From the NCBI GenBank assembly GCA_965262725.1, contig OZ253555.1, positions 160,001 through 224,000 on the forward strand: a DNA stretch of 64,000 bases. The letters are read 5' to 3'. Position numbers and translations under genes: made by a program. The notes below the pieces were generated by a model. That model ran no database searches. It saw nothing but the letters and a program-made list of their open reading frames with translations, and was not told where the DNA came from. This DNA is from Dehalococcoidia bacterium (GTDB lineage: Bacteria > Chloroflexota > Dehalococcoidia > UBA2979). Positions 29,054-39,669 of the stretch are shown here, piece after piece. Each line of letters opens with the position of its first letter. Position 1 is the stretch's first letter.

Positions 29054-30261
29054 GGGTTCTCTGAACAGGTCGCCGCGTCGTTACTGGAGCACATGCACAC
29101 TCCGATGACTATATGCGATCATGGCACTCCTCCGGGAAAGGGGAGCGCTGCCATGCATCAGCCGACATTCGCGAGAGTCGAGTTCGAGCGGGATGGCTAC
29201 AAGACGCGCCGCCAGAAGTTCCTCGAACGGCTGGATGGCCTCGTCCCGTGGCAGAGGTTCGAAGCAGCCATCGAGCCCCACTACCCGAAACCGGGCCGCG
29301 GGCGGAGGCCCTACCCGCTCTCCGTGATGCTGCGCATCCATACCGTGCAACTCTGCTACAACCTCAGCGACCCCGGCATGGAGGATCTGCTCCACGAGGC
29401 CGAGTCGGTGCGAGCCTTCTGCTTCCTCACGCTCTCCGAGCCCATCCCCGACGAGACGACGATCCTCAACTTCCGGCACCTGCTCGAGCGCCACTCCCTG
29501 GGTAGCAGGATCCTCCAACTCATCAACGAGCACCTCACGAGCAAGGGATTGAAGCTGAGCGAGGGCAGCATCGTGGATGCGACCATCATCTCGGCGCCAT
29601 CGTCGACGAAGAATCGCGGGCGGGCGCGGGACCCGGAGATGCATCAGACCAAGAAGGGGAAACAGTGGTTCTTCGGGATGAAGCTGCACATCGGCGCCGA
29701 CAGGGATACTGGACTGGTCCACAACTTCACGACCACGCCTGCGAACGTGTCGGACGTGTCTGAGACGCACCGCCTGCTGCACGGCGAGGAAGCCGAGGTC
29801 TACGGCGACGCCGGGTACCGGGGCGTGCAGAAGAGACCCGAGAACGCGGACTCCAGGGTCAAGGACTGGAACGTGGCGATGCGCCCGGGCCTCCGGCGTG
29901 CGCTCGACCCGGAGAGTCCTGAGGCCGTCGAGGAGAAGCGGAAGGCATCGGTGCGAGCGCTGGTGGAGCACCCGTTCTACAGCGTGAAGCGGCGCTTCGG
30001 CTACGCCAAGGTGCGGTACCGGGGTCTCTTCAAGAACCACGAGCGGTGTGCGGTCTTGCTGGGGTTCCACAACCTGCTCACCGCGAAGCCGCACCGTGCC
30101 TGACCGTGGGTGGAGTGCGCCCTCCCCGCCCCACACGGGGCGAGGAGGGGAGCCACAGGGGCCCGCGAGGGGGCGGATATGACCACTGTCATCGGGAATC
30201 CGCCTGAGAGCGCCTGACCGCGGCGAAACTGGGTCGCTAGACCCACCTGATCAGACTTGCC
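29054..30261 (+). mobile_element. IS5-family insertion sequence
   Basis: Imperfect inverted repeats GGGTTCTCTGAACAGGT / ACCTGATCAGACTTGCCC flanked by CTAG duplication (29050-53, 30262-65). Confidence 0.88.
29153..30103 (+). CDS. IS5-family transposase
   Basis: IPDETTILNFRHLLE, VDATII, RDPEMHQTKKGKQWFFGMK, GDAGY and RALVEHPF motifs. Confidence 0.95.
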   Translation: MHQPTFARVEFERDGYKTRRQKFLERLDGLVPWQRFEAAIEPHYPKPGRGRRPYPLSVMLRIHTVQLCYNLSDPGMEDLLHEAESVRAFCFLTLSEPIPDETTILNFRHLLERHSLGSRILQLINEHLTSKGLKLSEGSIVDATIISAPSSTKNRGRARDPEMHQTKKGKQWFFGMKLHIGADRDTGLVHNFTTTPANVSDVSETHRLLHGEEAEVYGDAGYRGVQKRPENADSRVKDWNVAMRPGLRRALDPESPEAVEEKRKASVRALVEHPFYSVKRRFGYAKVRYRGLFKNHERCAVLLGFHNLLTAKPHRA

Positions 30262-30316
30262 CTAGGGAGCGCGGCCGCCGGGGAGCGGCCCGGCACCGAG
30301 CAGGCACGGTCTCGAG

Positions 30317-30348
30317 GAGGGCCGCCCGAGTGGGGCGGCCCTCTTTCT
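30317..30348 (+). terminator. Intrinsic terminator
   Basis: GAGGGCCGCCC-loop-GGGCGGCCCTC hairpin followed by TTTCT. Confidence 0.7.
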
Positions 30349-30459
30349 ATCCGGGCGCGTCGTCGCATCCTCGCCACCTTCGCGACGGGCTTGGGATAAT
30401 GGCCGGGAGGGGCGGTGCGCCGCGCGTGAGCGTCGTGCGCATCGCGGGAGTGGGGAGCG

Positions 30460-31269
30460 ATGAACAACCTGAAGACGGCGGTGCTGCTGTCGGCGATCAG
30501 CGGGCTCCTGGTCGCCATCGGCTGGGGGCTCGGCGGCCCCGTGGGGGCGGTGGTGTTTCTCGGTATCGCCGTCGCGATGAACTTCGGGAGCTACTGGTTC
30601 TCGTCCGACATCGTGCTGCGCACCGCCCACGCGCACGAGATCGAGCGCGAGCAGGACCGCGCTCTCTTCGACCTGGTGGCGCGCGTGGCGCGCGACGCCG
30701 ATCTCCCGATGCCGCGCGTCTACATCATGGACTCGCCGCAGCCGAATGCCTTCGCGACCGGCCGGTCGCCGCGGCACGCGGCCGTCGCCGTCACGACCGG
30801 CATCCGCGAGCTCCTGACGGAGCGCGAGCTGCGGGGAGTGCTGGGCCACGAGATGGCGCACGTGAAGAACCGCGACATCCTGACCTCCTCGATCGTGGCG
30901 ACGATTGCGAGCGCGATCTCGATGATCGGCTTCATCGGTCTCTGGTTCGGCGGCCGCCGCGACGGGATGGCCGGCCTGGTGATGCTGCTCGTCGCTCCGA
31001 TCGCCGCCACGCTGATCCAGCTGGGCATCAGCCGCACGCGCGAGTTCGAGGCCGACCGCGACGGGGCGCGTATGGTCGGCGACCCCGAGGCACTCGCCTC
31101 CGCTCTGGCAAAGCTGCACGCGGGGGCCGAGCGTCGGGTCATGCCGGTGCCGGAGTCGACGGCGCACCTCTTCATCGTCAACCCGCTCCGGGCGGGCTCC
31201 GTCGGGGGGCTTTTCTCGACGCATCCGCCGCTCGAGGAGCGCGTCGCGCGTCTCCGGAGGATGCAGTAG
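30460..31269 (+). CDS. htpX: Zinc metalloprotease HtpX
   Basis: PNAFATGR, HEMAH, SRTREFEAD and FSTHPP motifs. Confidence 0.95.
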   Translation: MNNLKTAVLLSAISGLLVAIGWGLGGPVGAVVFLGIAVAMNFGSYWFSSDIVLRTAHAHEIEREQDRALFDLVARVARDADLPMPRVYIMDSPQPNAFATGRSPRHAAVAVTTGIRELLTERELRGVLGHEMAHVKNRDILTSSIVATIASAISMIGFIGLWFGGRRDGMAGLVMLLVAPIAATLIQLGISRTREFEADRDGARMVGDPEALASALAKLHAGAERRVMPVPESTAHLFIVNPLRAGSVGGLFSTHPPLEERVARLRRMQ

Positions 31270-31440
31270 CGAGAGCGTCCGACGGCCGCGGCGTGGAGCC
31301 GCCGCGACACGGGGCTCCCGCGGAGGTGGTGACGTCCGCCGCGTGGCCGGCATGCGCCACGGAGGCGCCCGGCGGGTGCGTCCGGCGCCTATCGGTCGCG
31401 GGCGGGGGAGCGTGCGGTGGGGAGTGAGCCCCCGGGCGGG

Positions 31441-32079
31441 ATGGACTCGGCCTCGGCCTCGCCCGCGGACGCCGCCGGGCGCCTGCGCGAGCGCATGGCG
31501 CCTGAGCTGCCTGGGGCGATGCTCGAGCACATCGACCGCGTGGTCGCCCTTGCGCGGCAATTCGCGGCGTTGCACGCGCTGCCTGAGGCCCGCGTCGCCC
31601 TCGCCGCGCAGGGCCACGACCTGCTGCGCGCGGTGGCTCCGGCGGAGCTTTTGCGCCGCGCCGAGCAGCGTGGCCTGCCGATCCTCGTAGTCGAACGCGA
31701 GCGGCCCGTGCTGCTGCACGGCGTCCTGGGCGCGCTCGAACTCGCCGAGCGCTTCGGCGTCGCCGACCGGGGCGTCCTCGATGCGATCCGCTGGCACACG
31801 ACGGGCCACCCGAGCTACCCGGACTGGGCGTGGGCGATGTTCGTCGCCGACAAGGTGGAACCGGCGAAGGCCGGCGCCTGGCCACCGCTTCGCGACGTGG
31901 AGATGATCGCGAGGCGGCCACGCCCCGGCGCGCTGCGCGAGGCCGCGGCCGCCTACCTGCGCCTGTCGCTGGCGCGGCAGCGGGAGCGGGGCGAGCCCGC
32001 GCACCCGCTCGCAGAGGAGACGCTCTCCTCCCTGGAGGGTGCGAGAGGGAGCGGGCCGGCGGACGCGTCTGGGGGGTGA
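31441..32079 (+). CDS. HD-domain hydrolase, YqeK-like (possible Ap4A hydrolase)
   Basis: H..RV, GHDL, LLHG, AIRWHTTG and FVADKVEP motifs. Confidence 0.8.
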   Translation: MDSASASPADAAGRLRERMAPELPGAMLEHIDRVVALARQFAALHALPEARVALAAQGHDLLRAVAPAELLRRAEQRGLPILVVERERPVLLHGVLGALELAERFGVADRGVLDAIRWHTTGHPSYPDWAWAMFVADKVEPAKAGAWPPLRDVEMIARRPRPGALREAAAAYLRLSLARQRERGEPAHPLAEETLSSLEGARGSGPADASGG

Positions 32080-32335
32080 GGGCTGGCCCCGGCGGGGCGG
32101 GGCGGAGCGCTTGCAGCCGGCTCGGGGCGCGCCCGGCGCGCCGCGCCCCGGCCGAACACCCGAGGGGGCGGAGATGGTGCCGCTCCGGTCGCAGGCTCGA
32201 GCCGCTCCCCGGGTGATACGCAGCGCGGGATACGGGGAGCCTTCCGTGCGCGTGAGGGTTACGCTAGACTAGGTGGCGTTCCGGCGTAGCCTCTCCTTGT
32301 GAGGCTTCCGAGCAGCCTGCGCAAGGAGCCGCAGC

Positions 32336-34366
32336 ATGTCTGCCGCAGCACCCACCCGACCGGCTACGTCACATCAGCCCCGGAGACGGCGCCGGGCGCC
32401 GACGCTGGTGCGTCTCTCCGGGCGGGCGTTCCACTACCGCGACCTGATGCTGGCGGCGTCGCTCTCGCTCGCCGCCTCGGGCGTGCTCGTTCTGATCGGG
32501 CCGCGCATCGTCGGCATCGCCATCGACACCGGCCTCGCCATCGACGACGAGGGGGGAGTGGCGCGGGGCACCGTCGCCTCCGTCGGCATCGCCTCGGTCG
32601 TCCTGATCATCGCCGCCGTGGTGCGTGGCGGCTCCATGTTCGGGCAGACTTATCTCGGCGAGCGCATCTCGCAGTCGGTCGCCTACGACCTGCGCAACGA
32701 GATCTACGACCGGTTGCAGCGCCTCTCCTTCGCCTACCACGATCAGGCGCAGATCGGCGACGTCATGTCGCGCGCGACACAGGACGTGGAGGGCGTCCGG
32801 TTCTTCGTCTCGATGGGTCTCCTGCGCAGCGCCTACGTACTCGTGCTCGTCGTCGTCGCGGCGGCTTTGATGTTGACGACCCACGTGGGGCTCGCGCTGG
32901 TGGCGCTCGCCTTCGTCCCCATCGTCGCCACGCAGTCGATCCTCGTGTCGATGCATCTGCGTTTGGTGTGGCTCCGCGTGCAGCAATTGCAGGGAGACCT
33001 CGGCGTCGTGCTGCAGGAGAATCTCTCCGGGCAGCGCGTCGTGAAGGCGTTCGCGCGCGAACGCTACGAGCAGACGAAGTTCGACGCCGTCGCCCGGAGT
33101 CTCTACGACGAGTCCTACCGCACGAGCCGCATCCAGGCCTTCAACGAGCCGGCGCTGCTCTCGCTGTGGCTCATCTCGCTGGCGGTGGTCTTCTGGATCG
33201 GGGGCCAGGAGATCCTCGCCGGTCGGCTCACCGAGGGGCAGCTCATCGAGTTCCTGCTCTACCTCACGCTGCTGCAGGTCCCCGTGCGCTCCGTCGGCTT
33301 CATCGTGATGATGGCGTCGCGGGCGCGCTCGGCCGGCGAGCGCATCTTCGAGATCGTGGACGCAGAGTCGCCGGTCACGGAGCGCCCCGGCGCGACGGCG
33401 CTCCGCGCCGAGCGCGGCGAGGTGCGCTTGGAGGGGGTCTCGTTCCGCTACGAGGGATTGCTTCCCGGTATCGCTCCGACCGATCCCGGCCCGGCTGGCG
33501 AGGCGCATCCTGAGACCGGCGCCCGCGCGGCGGTGCTGCGCGAGATCGACATCGTCGCGAGGCCCGGCGAGATCGTGGCGCTGCTCGGGCCCACCGGCTC
33601 CGGCAAGAGCTCGATCGTCAACCTCATCCCGCGCTTCTACGACGTGACGGGGGGGCGCGTCACGATCGACGGGCAGGACGTGCGGGACGTGACGCTCACG
33701 TCGCTGCGGGAGGCGATCGGCATCGTCCAGCAGGACCTCTTCCTCTTCGCCGCCACCATCCGCGAGAACATCGCCTACGGTCGCCCGGACGCCACCGACG
33801 AGGAGGTGCGGGCGGCCGCGCGGGCCGCGCACATTCACGAGTTCATCGAGAGTCTTCCCGACGGCTATGACAGCTGGGTCGGCGAGCGCGGCGCGACGCT
33901 CTCCGGCGGCCAGCGCCAGCGCGTGGCGATCGCCCGCACGCTGCTGCTCGACCCGCGCATCCTCGTGCTCGACGATTCGACCTCCTCGGTCGACATGCGC
34001 ACCGAGTTCGAGATCCAGGAGGCTCTCCAGGCGCTGATGCGGGGCCGGACCACCTTCGTCATCGCGCAGCGGCTGCGCACCGTGAGGCAGGCCGACCAGA
34101 TCCTCGTCCTGAATCAGGGCGAGATCGTGCAGCGCGGTCGCCACGAGGAGCTCCTGGCGGAGGGTGGCTTCTACGGCCAGATCTACGACCTGGAACTCCG
34201 CGCGCAGGATGAGGCCGCCGTCCCGGTCGCGGACTCCGGGAACGGGACTGCCAGCAGCGCCGGAAATGGCTCCGGCAGCAGCTCCCCGCAGAGCGGCGGC
34301 GGAGCCCGCTCCGAAGGCGGCGCCGCTCGCGAAGGCGGCCGGCCTGCGGTGCGGGAGGGTCGCTGA
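32336..34366 (+). CDS. Heterodimeric ABC exporter, subunit with non-canonical Walker B/switch residues
   Basis: TMD plus GPTGSGKS and LSGGQ; Walker B LDDST and switch AQRL are non-canonical. Confidence 0.93.
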   Translation: MSAAAPTRPATSHQPRRRRRAPTLVRLSGRAFHYRDLMLAASLSLAASGVLVLIGPRIVGIAIDTGLAIDDEGGVARGTVASVGIASVVLIIAAVVRGGSMFGQTYLGERISQSVAYDLRNEIYDRLQRLSFAYHDQAQIGDVMSRATQDVEGVRFFVSMGLLRSAYVLVLVVVAAALMLTTHVGLALVALAFVPIVATQSILVSMHLRLVWLRVQQLQGDLGVVLQENLSGQRVVKAFARERYEQTKFDAVARSLYDESYRTSRIQAFNEPALLSLWLISLAVVFWIGGQEILAGRLTEGQLIEFLLYLTLLQVPVRSVGFIVMMASRARSAGERIFEIVDAESPVTERPGATALRAERGEVRLEGVSFRYEGLLPGIAPTDPGPAGEAHPETGARAAVLREIDIVARPGEIVALLGPTGSGKSSIVNLIPRFYDVTGGRVTIDGQDVRDVTLTSLREAIGIVQQDLFLFAATIRENIAYGRPDATDEEVRAAARAAHIHEFIESLPDGYDSWVGERGATLSGGQRQRVAIARTLLLDPRILVLDDSTSSVDMRTEFEIQEALQALMRGRTTFVIAQRLRTVRQADQILVLNQGEIVQRGRHEELLAEGGFYGQIYDLELRAQDEAAVPVADSGNGTASSAGNGSGSSSPQSGGGARSEGGAAREGGRPAVREGR

Positions 34367-36342
34367 TGGCGTACTGGGGCGGCGGCGGCGCCGCGGGGTG
34401 GTCCGGGGACTGGATGCGCGGCGGCCGTCACGGGCGCACCGACGGCTGGAACTACGAGGAGCTGGGGAAGGTCTACGACCCCTCGGTCCTCAAGCGGCTG
34501 TGGCCCTACATCGTCGCCTTCCGCTGGCAGGCGCTGACCGCGCTCGGCGGGATGCTGGTGTACTCCGTCACCTCCTACGTGCAGCCGTTCATCATGGGGA
34601 TCGCGGTGGGGCGGCTCGCCGACACGGCGCTCACCCTCACCGAGCGCCGCGAAGCGGTGACCACCGCCGGGCTCCTGCTCGTCGCGCTGGCCGCGATCTC
34701 CTGGGGCGCGCAGTGGTCGCAGCGCATCCTCACCGGCTACATCGGACAGCAGCTGCTCTTCCGCCTGCGGCGCGATCTCTTCGCGCATCTCAACAAGCTC
34801 TCGCTCTCCTTCTACGACCGGCAGGAGGTGGGACGGGTCATGTCGCGCGCCACCTCCGACGTGGTCGTGATGCAGGAGCTCATGACATCGGGCTTCCTCA
34901 ACGTGCTGGCCGATCTCTTCGGGCTCGCATTGATCGTCTTCTTCCTCTTCGCGCTCGATCCCATGCTCGCGGTGGTGTCGCTCTCCGTGATCCCGGTGCT
35001 GATGGTGCTGATGGCGATCTGGCAGCGCCACGCGGCGCTCGCCTTCATCCGCGTGCGGCAGGCGATCGCCGTCGTCAACTCGAGCATCAACGAGAACGTC
35101 TCGGGCGTGCGCGTCGTGCAGTCGCTGGGACGCGAGGAGCACAACCTCGACGAGTTCGACCAGCTGAACGAGCGCAATCGCGACCTCAACCTGAGGGCGG
35201 GGAAGCTTCAGGCCGCGGTGATGCCGCTGGTGGAGCTGCTCTCCGCGGTGGCCACGGCTCTCGTTCTGGTCGTGATCGCGATGCGCCTCTTCGGCGGCAC
35301 CATGTCGCCCGCGCTCGCGCTCGGGCACGCCACCGCTTTCACTCTCTACATCCAGCGCTTCTTCAACCCCGTGCGCGACATCGTGCTGCAGTACACGCAG
35401 CTGCAGCGCGCGATGGCCGGGGCGCACCGTGTCTTCGAGGTCCTGGACACGGAGCCGGAGATCGTTGACGCGCCGGATGCCGTGGACCTCCCCGACGTCG
35501 ACGGGCGCGTCGACTTCGACGGCGTCGGCTTCGAGTACGTGCCCGGCATCCCGGTGCTCGAGGACTTCGAGCTGCACGTCGAGCCCGGCGAGACGATCGC
35601 CTTCGTCGGGCACACCGGCGCGGGCAAGACGACCGTGACGGCGCTGGTCAGCCGCTCCTATGACGTCATCCAGGGCTCGATCACCATCGACGGGATCGAC
35701 CTCCGCCACATCCGCCGCGAGTCGCTTCGCAAGCGGATGGCGGTCGTGCTGCAGGAGCCGTTCCTCTTCTCCGGGACGGTCGCGGAAAATATCCGCTACG
35801 GCCGCCTCGACGCCAGCGATGAGGACGTGCGCCGCGCCGCGGAGGCGGTGGGCGCGGCTCCCTTCATCGAGGCTCTTCCCCTCGGCTACGAGATGGCGCT
35901 GCACGAGCGCGGCCAGAACCTCTCGGTGGGGCAGCGCCAGCTCATCGCCTTCGCTCGCGCCGTCGTCGCGGAGCCGCGCATCCTGGTGCTCGACGAGGCG
36001 ACGGCGAACGTTGACACCCACACCGAGCGGACGATCCAGCAGGCGCTCCAGGTGCTGCTCGCGGGCCGCACATCTTTCGTGATCGCGCACCGCCTCTCCA
36101 CGATTCGCCACGCCGATCGAATCGTCGTGATGGACCAGGGCGAGATCGTCGAGATCGGGAGCCACGAGGAGCTTCTGGAGCAGGGCGGGGTCTACGCCGA
36201 CCTCTACCACATGACCTACGAGCGTCATGCGGGCGATGTCGACGAGGACGGCGTCGATGACGAGGACGGCGATCGCGCGCTCGCCGAGCAATCCACGGAC
36301 TGGGGACTCGGCGCTGCGGTCCTCGGCGGCGGGGGTGGCTGA
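34366..36342 (+). CDS. Heterodimeric ABC exporter, partner subunit
   Basis: TMD plus GHTGAGKT, LSVGQ, LDEAT and AHRL motifs. Confidence 0.93.
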   Translation: MAYWGGGGAAGWSGDWMRGGRHGRTDGWNYEELGKVYDPSVLKRLWPYIVAFRWQALTALGGMLVYSVTSYVQPFIMGIAVGRLADTALTLTERREAVTTAGLLLVALAAISWGAQWSQRILTGYIGQQLLFRLRRDLFAHLNKLSLSFYDRQEVGRVMSRATSDVVVMQELMTSGFLNVLADLFGLALIVFFLFALDPMLAVVSLSVIPVLMVLMAIWQRHAALAFIRVRQAIAVVNSSINENVSGVRVVQSLGREEHNLDEFDQLNERNRDLNLRAGKLQAAVMPLVELLSAVATALVLVVIAMRLFGGTMSPALALGHATAFTLYIQRFFNPVRDIVLQYTQLQRAMAGAHRVFEVLDTEPEIVDAPDAVDLPDVDGRVDFDGVGFEYVPGIPVLEDFELHVEPGETIAFVGHTGAGKTTVTALVSRSYDVIQGSITIDGIDLRHIRRESLRKRMAVVLQEPFLFSGTVAENIRYGRLDASDEDVRRAAEAVGAAPFIEALPLGYEMALHERGQNLSVGQRQLIAFARAVVAEPRILVLDEATANVDTHTERTIQQALQVLLAGRTSFVIAHRLSTIRHADRIVVMDQGEIVEIGSHEELLEQGGVYADLYHMTYERHAGDVDEDGVDDEDGDRALAEQSTDWGLGAAVLGGGGG

Positions 36343-36450
36343 GCCCCTCTCGCTGGCGGCGGCAAAGCACCCGGGCGTACCATGAAAACGAGCGCAGGCT
36401 AGGGCTCCAAGCCCGCGTACGGCCGGCGACTGCAGAGGTGGGGGAGAATC

Positions 36451-36981
36451 ATGGGCGTTCGATCGATCACCCGTGATCCGGAGAACAGGATGATCGCCGG
36501 CGTCTGTGCCGGGATCGGCGCGGCGTACGACGTCAACTTCATGCTCGTGCGCGTGGCGTTCGTCGCGCTGGCGCTGCTCGGGGGCGTCGGGATCGTGGCC
36601 TACATCGCGCTCTGGCTGCTGCTGCCGGCCGCTGGCCGGCAGGAGGCGGATCGCGGCGAGACGGCCCGCGAGAGCGCGGCCGAGATCGCGGATGCCGCAC
36701 GCGTCGCGTCCGGCCACGCCGTGACGGCATCGCGCACGGCGTCCGGCCACGCCGTGGCCGCATCGCGCACGGCGTCGGTCCACGCCGTGGCCGCATCGCG
36801 TACGGCGTCGGTCCACGCCGTGGCCGTGTCGCGTACGGCGTCGGTCCTGGCCGCGAAGACCGCCCGCTCGGCCGCGGCTGCCGTCAGGCGGCGCACCCGC
36901 GCGTCCACCAACGGGAGCGCCTCCGAGGAGGCCGGTCGCCCGGAGGATGAGAAGAACAGCCCGGCGGGTCCGATCCCGTGA
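36451..36981 (+). CDS. PspC-domain protein with 11-aa repeats
   Basis: RMIAGVCAGIG..VRVAFV..YIALWLLLP PspC signature. Confidence 0.87.
   Translation: MGVRSITRDPENRMIAGVCAGIGAAYDVNFMLVRVAFVALALLGGVGIVAYIALWLLLPAAGRQEADRGETARESAAEIADAARVASGHAVTASRTASGHAVAASRTASVHAVAASRTASVHAVAVSRTASVLAAKTARSAAAAVRRRTRASTNGSASEEAGRPEDEKNSPAGPIP
36706..36849 (+). repeat. 33-bp tandem repeat, about 4.3 copies (ASxHAVxASRT)
   Basis: Read directly in DNA and protein. Confidence 0.85.
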
Positions 36982-37433
36982 GCGACGCGCCCGAGGAGGA
37001 GCACGACGCCGAGCGGGAGCGCCTGCTGGGGCTCGTGCGCGTGGCCGCGGTCCCCTTCTGGGATCACGTCGGCATCACGGCCGATGAGGAGACCGCCCAG
37101 GTCGGGCACGTCCGGCTCCAGATGCCGATGCGCCCGGAGCTGGGGACGCGCTTCACCGACGTGATGCACGGCGGCGCGATCTCCACGCTCATCGACGCCG
37201 CCGCTGCGACGTGCAGCTCGACGCTGCAGCGCGAGGGCGACGAGTGGAGCGGTCTCGTCACGACCGATCTGAACGTGAGCTACCTCAACGCGGCGCGGAG
37301 CGACGTCGTGGCGGAGGCCCGCGCGGTCCGGAGCGGGCGGACCATCGCCTTCATCCAGGTCGACGTCCACGACGCGGCCGGGACGCACGTCGCCAGCGGC
37401 CGCGTCACCTACCTGATCCTGCGTCCGCGCTAG
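36978..37433 (+). CDS. PaaI-family hotdog thioesterase
   Basis: MHGGAISTLID and TTDLNVSYL motifs. Confidence 0.9.
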   Translation: MSDAPEEEHDAERERLLGLVRVAAVPFWDHVGITADEETAQVGHVRLQMPMRPELGTRFTDVMHGGAISTLIDAAAATCSSTLQREGDEWSGLVTTDLNVSYLNAARSDVVAEARAVRSGRTIAFIQVDVHDAAGTHVASGRVTYLILRPR

Positions 37434-37458
37434 ATCCCCCGGCGCCGGGTTGCCGCCT

Positions 37459-38580
37459 CTACCCCGGGAGGGGGGCACTCTCCGGGTCCGCCTCCACGTC
37501 CCCGTCGCCGCCGGCGAAGAAGAGCGATGCCTGCGCGGTCATCGCCGCGGTGGCCGTGCCCGGGGCGGGCGGCTGCCACGGCAGGTCGAGGTGCTCGTAG
37601 GCGGCGCGCATCGCGACGCGGCCGCGCGGCGTGCGCGCGAGGAAGCCGAGCTTGAGGAGGTAGGGCTCGTACACGTCCATGATCGTGTCGGACTCCTCGG
37701 AGATCGCGGCGGCGATGGTCTCGAGGCCCACCGGGCCGCCTCCGAAGCGCAGGACGACCGCGCGCAGCAGCTCGCGATCCATCTGATCGAGTCCGAGCTC
37801 GTCGATCTGCATCTGCGCCAGCGCCTCACGCGCGACCGGCGCGGTGATCGTGCCGTCCGCCATCACCTCGGCGTAGTCCCGCACGCGGTGGAGGAGCCGG
37901 TTGGCGACGCGGGCCGTGCCGCGCGCGCGGCGCGCGATCTCGCCGACGCCGCCCTCGTCGATAGAGCAGCCGATCACGCCTGAGGAGCGCCGCACGATAT
38001 GGCTGAGCGCGGCCTCGTCGTAGAAATCGAGGCGGTATGCCGCGCCGAAGCGATCCCGCAGCGGCTGCGAGACGAGGGCGAAGCGGGTCGTGGCGCCAAC
38101 GAGCGTGAAGCGGCTGAGGCGGAGGCGCACGTCCCGCGCCTTCGGACCCTTCCCCAGGATGATGTCGACCGAGTAGTCCTCCATCGCCGGGTAGAGCACT
38201 TCCTCGACCGCCAGCGGGAGCCGGTGGATCTCGTCGATGAAGAGGATGTCGCCCGCCTGCAGGCTGGTGAGCAGCGAGGCGAGGTCGCCCGCGCGCTCGA
38301 TCGCGGGCCCCGACGTGATCCGTATCGAGACGCCCATCTCGGCCGCGACGATCATCGCAAGAGTCGTCTTGCCGAGGCCGGGCGGGCCGTGGAAGAGTAG
38401 GTGGTCGAGCGGCTCGTCACGGCCCTGCGCCGCCGTGATCGCGATGCGCAGACTCTCCTTGACCGTCTCCTGTCCGAAGTAGTCGGGGAGCCGCCGGGGG
38501 CGCAGGGAGATCTCGGCGCCCGAGTCCTCAGCCGTGACCGCGGGCGTGAGCGGGCCGGGGCGTTCGTCGCTGGCGGCCAT
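37459..38580 (-). CDS. ruvB: Holliday junction branch migration helicase
   Basis: [26 protein letters not shown] and RTPRGR motifs. Confidence 0.97.
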   Translation of the reverse strand: MAASDERPGPLTPAVTAEDSGAEISLRPRRLPDYFGQETVKESLRIAITAAQGRDEPLDHLLFHGPPGLGKTTLAMIVAAEMGVSIRITSGPAIERAGDLASLLTSLQAGDILFIDEIHRLPLAVEEVLYPAMEDYSVDIILGKGPKARDVRLRLSRFTLVGATTRFALVSQPLRDRFGAAYRLDFYDEAALSHIVRRSSGVIGCSIDEGGVGEIARRARGTARVANRLLHRVRDYAEVMADGTITAPVAREALAQMQIDELGLDQMDRELLRAVVLRFGGGPVGLETIAAAISEESDTIMDVYEPYLLKLGFLARTPRGRVAMRAAYEHLDLPWQPPAPGTATAAMTAQASLFFAGGDGDVEADPESAPLPG

Positions 38581-38668
38581 CGCGTCATGCTACAGAACGC
38601 ACGTTCTGTGTGCCAGAGGGCGGTCGGGGTCGGCGTCGGAGGCCGCGCTCGCGGGCTGCGACGCCCGG

Positions 38669-39025
38669 CTAGCCGTCCTCGCCCTCGTCGTCCCCCTCCA
38701 CCTCCTCGGCGGGGTCGTGGAGGTAGACGAGGTAGCGGTCGAAGCGCTCCACGAGCAGGACGAGGACGCCCTCCCCGTCGCGCTCGGCGAGGAAGCGCGG
38801 GAGCTCGGCGCCGCGACCCTGGACGAGGAAGGTCTCGCCTCCGTAGTGGAAGCGCTGACCGGCGGCGGTGATGTAGAAGGGGGGCGGACCGACGCGCTCG
38901 TTGAGGGGGAGGACGAAGACCTCGACGCCCTCGTCGGTGATGAGATCCAGATCGTCGAAGCCGACCTCGACGGGCTCGTCGAGATCGCGCTCCGCCTCAG
39001 CCCCCGGCGGCGCCTCCGCCGTCAT
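38669..39025 (-). CDS. Small acidic hypothetical protein
   Basis: 118-aa ORF co-oriented with ruvB and VKOR; protein-like composition. Confidence 0.65.
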   Translation of the reverse strand: MTAEAPPGAEAERDLDEPVEVGFDDLDLITDEGVEVFVLPLNERVGPPPFYITAAGQRFHYGGETFLVQGRGAELPRFLAERDGEGVLVLLVERFDRYLVYLHDPAEEVEGDDEGEDG

Positions 39026-39143
39026 ATCGCGCTCCGTTCAGCCCGTTCGCCAGCGTCGCGCGATCATACGGCGAGAGGGACTCCGCCGCATCCGGGCGAT
39101 TCCCGCCGGGGGAGGTCGGAGGCGGCGCCGTGGCCGGGCGCCC

Positions 39144-39602
39144 CTACGTCGCGGTGCGGCCCCCGCGCCGCAGGTCGACGGCGGCGAGGAGCGCGATCGC
39201 CGTGACCAGGGCCGCCGAGGCCACGCACCAGATGCAGATCGCCTCGATCACGAAGAGTTCGAGGTAGGTGAGGTAGGCCGAGAAGGCGGTACCCGAGAGC
39301 GCCAGGGCGAAACACCACACGCCGAGTACGGGAGGCTCCGCCGCCTGGCCGCCGCGCCAGGGGCCGAGGCGGCGCACCATGCAGAGGGCGGCGAGCGCGG
39401 CGTACATCGCGAGGCCGAGCAGGGCCACCGGGATGCCCGCCAGCTCCGCGTACGCGGAGTCCTGCACGGCACGGCAGTCCCCGACGCCGGAGCACGCCGC
39501 CCCGGTATCCGGGTCGAGCGCGACCCAGCTCAGGTACCCGGCGATCGCAACCCCGAGCAGCGAGAGCGCGATCAGCGCGTCTAGGCGGCGCCTCGGCGTC
39601 AC
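39144..39602 (-). CDS. Vitamin K epoxide reductase (VKOR) family protein
   Basis: Four TM segments, loop Cys pair (CSGVGDC), GIPVA and CIWC. Confidence 0.92.
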   Translation of the reverse strand: MTPRRRLDALIALSLLGVAIAGYLSWVALDPDTGAACSGVGDCRAVQDSAYAELAGIPVALLGLAMYAALAALCMVRRLGPWRGGQAAEPPVLGVWCFALALSGTAFSAYLTYLELFVIEAICIWCVASAALVTAIALLAAVDLRRGGRTAT

Positions 39603-39669
39603 GAACCGTATCGCGGCCCCGGTGAGGGGACGGCGCGAAGGCGGCGCCGTCGTCCGGGGTCGGTCCCCG

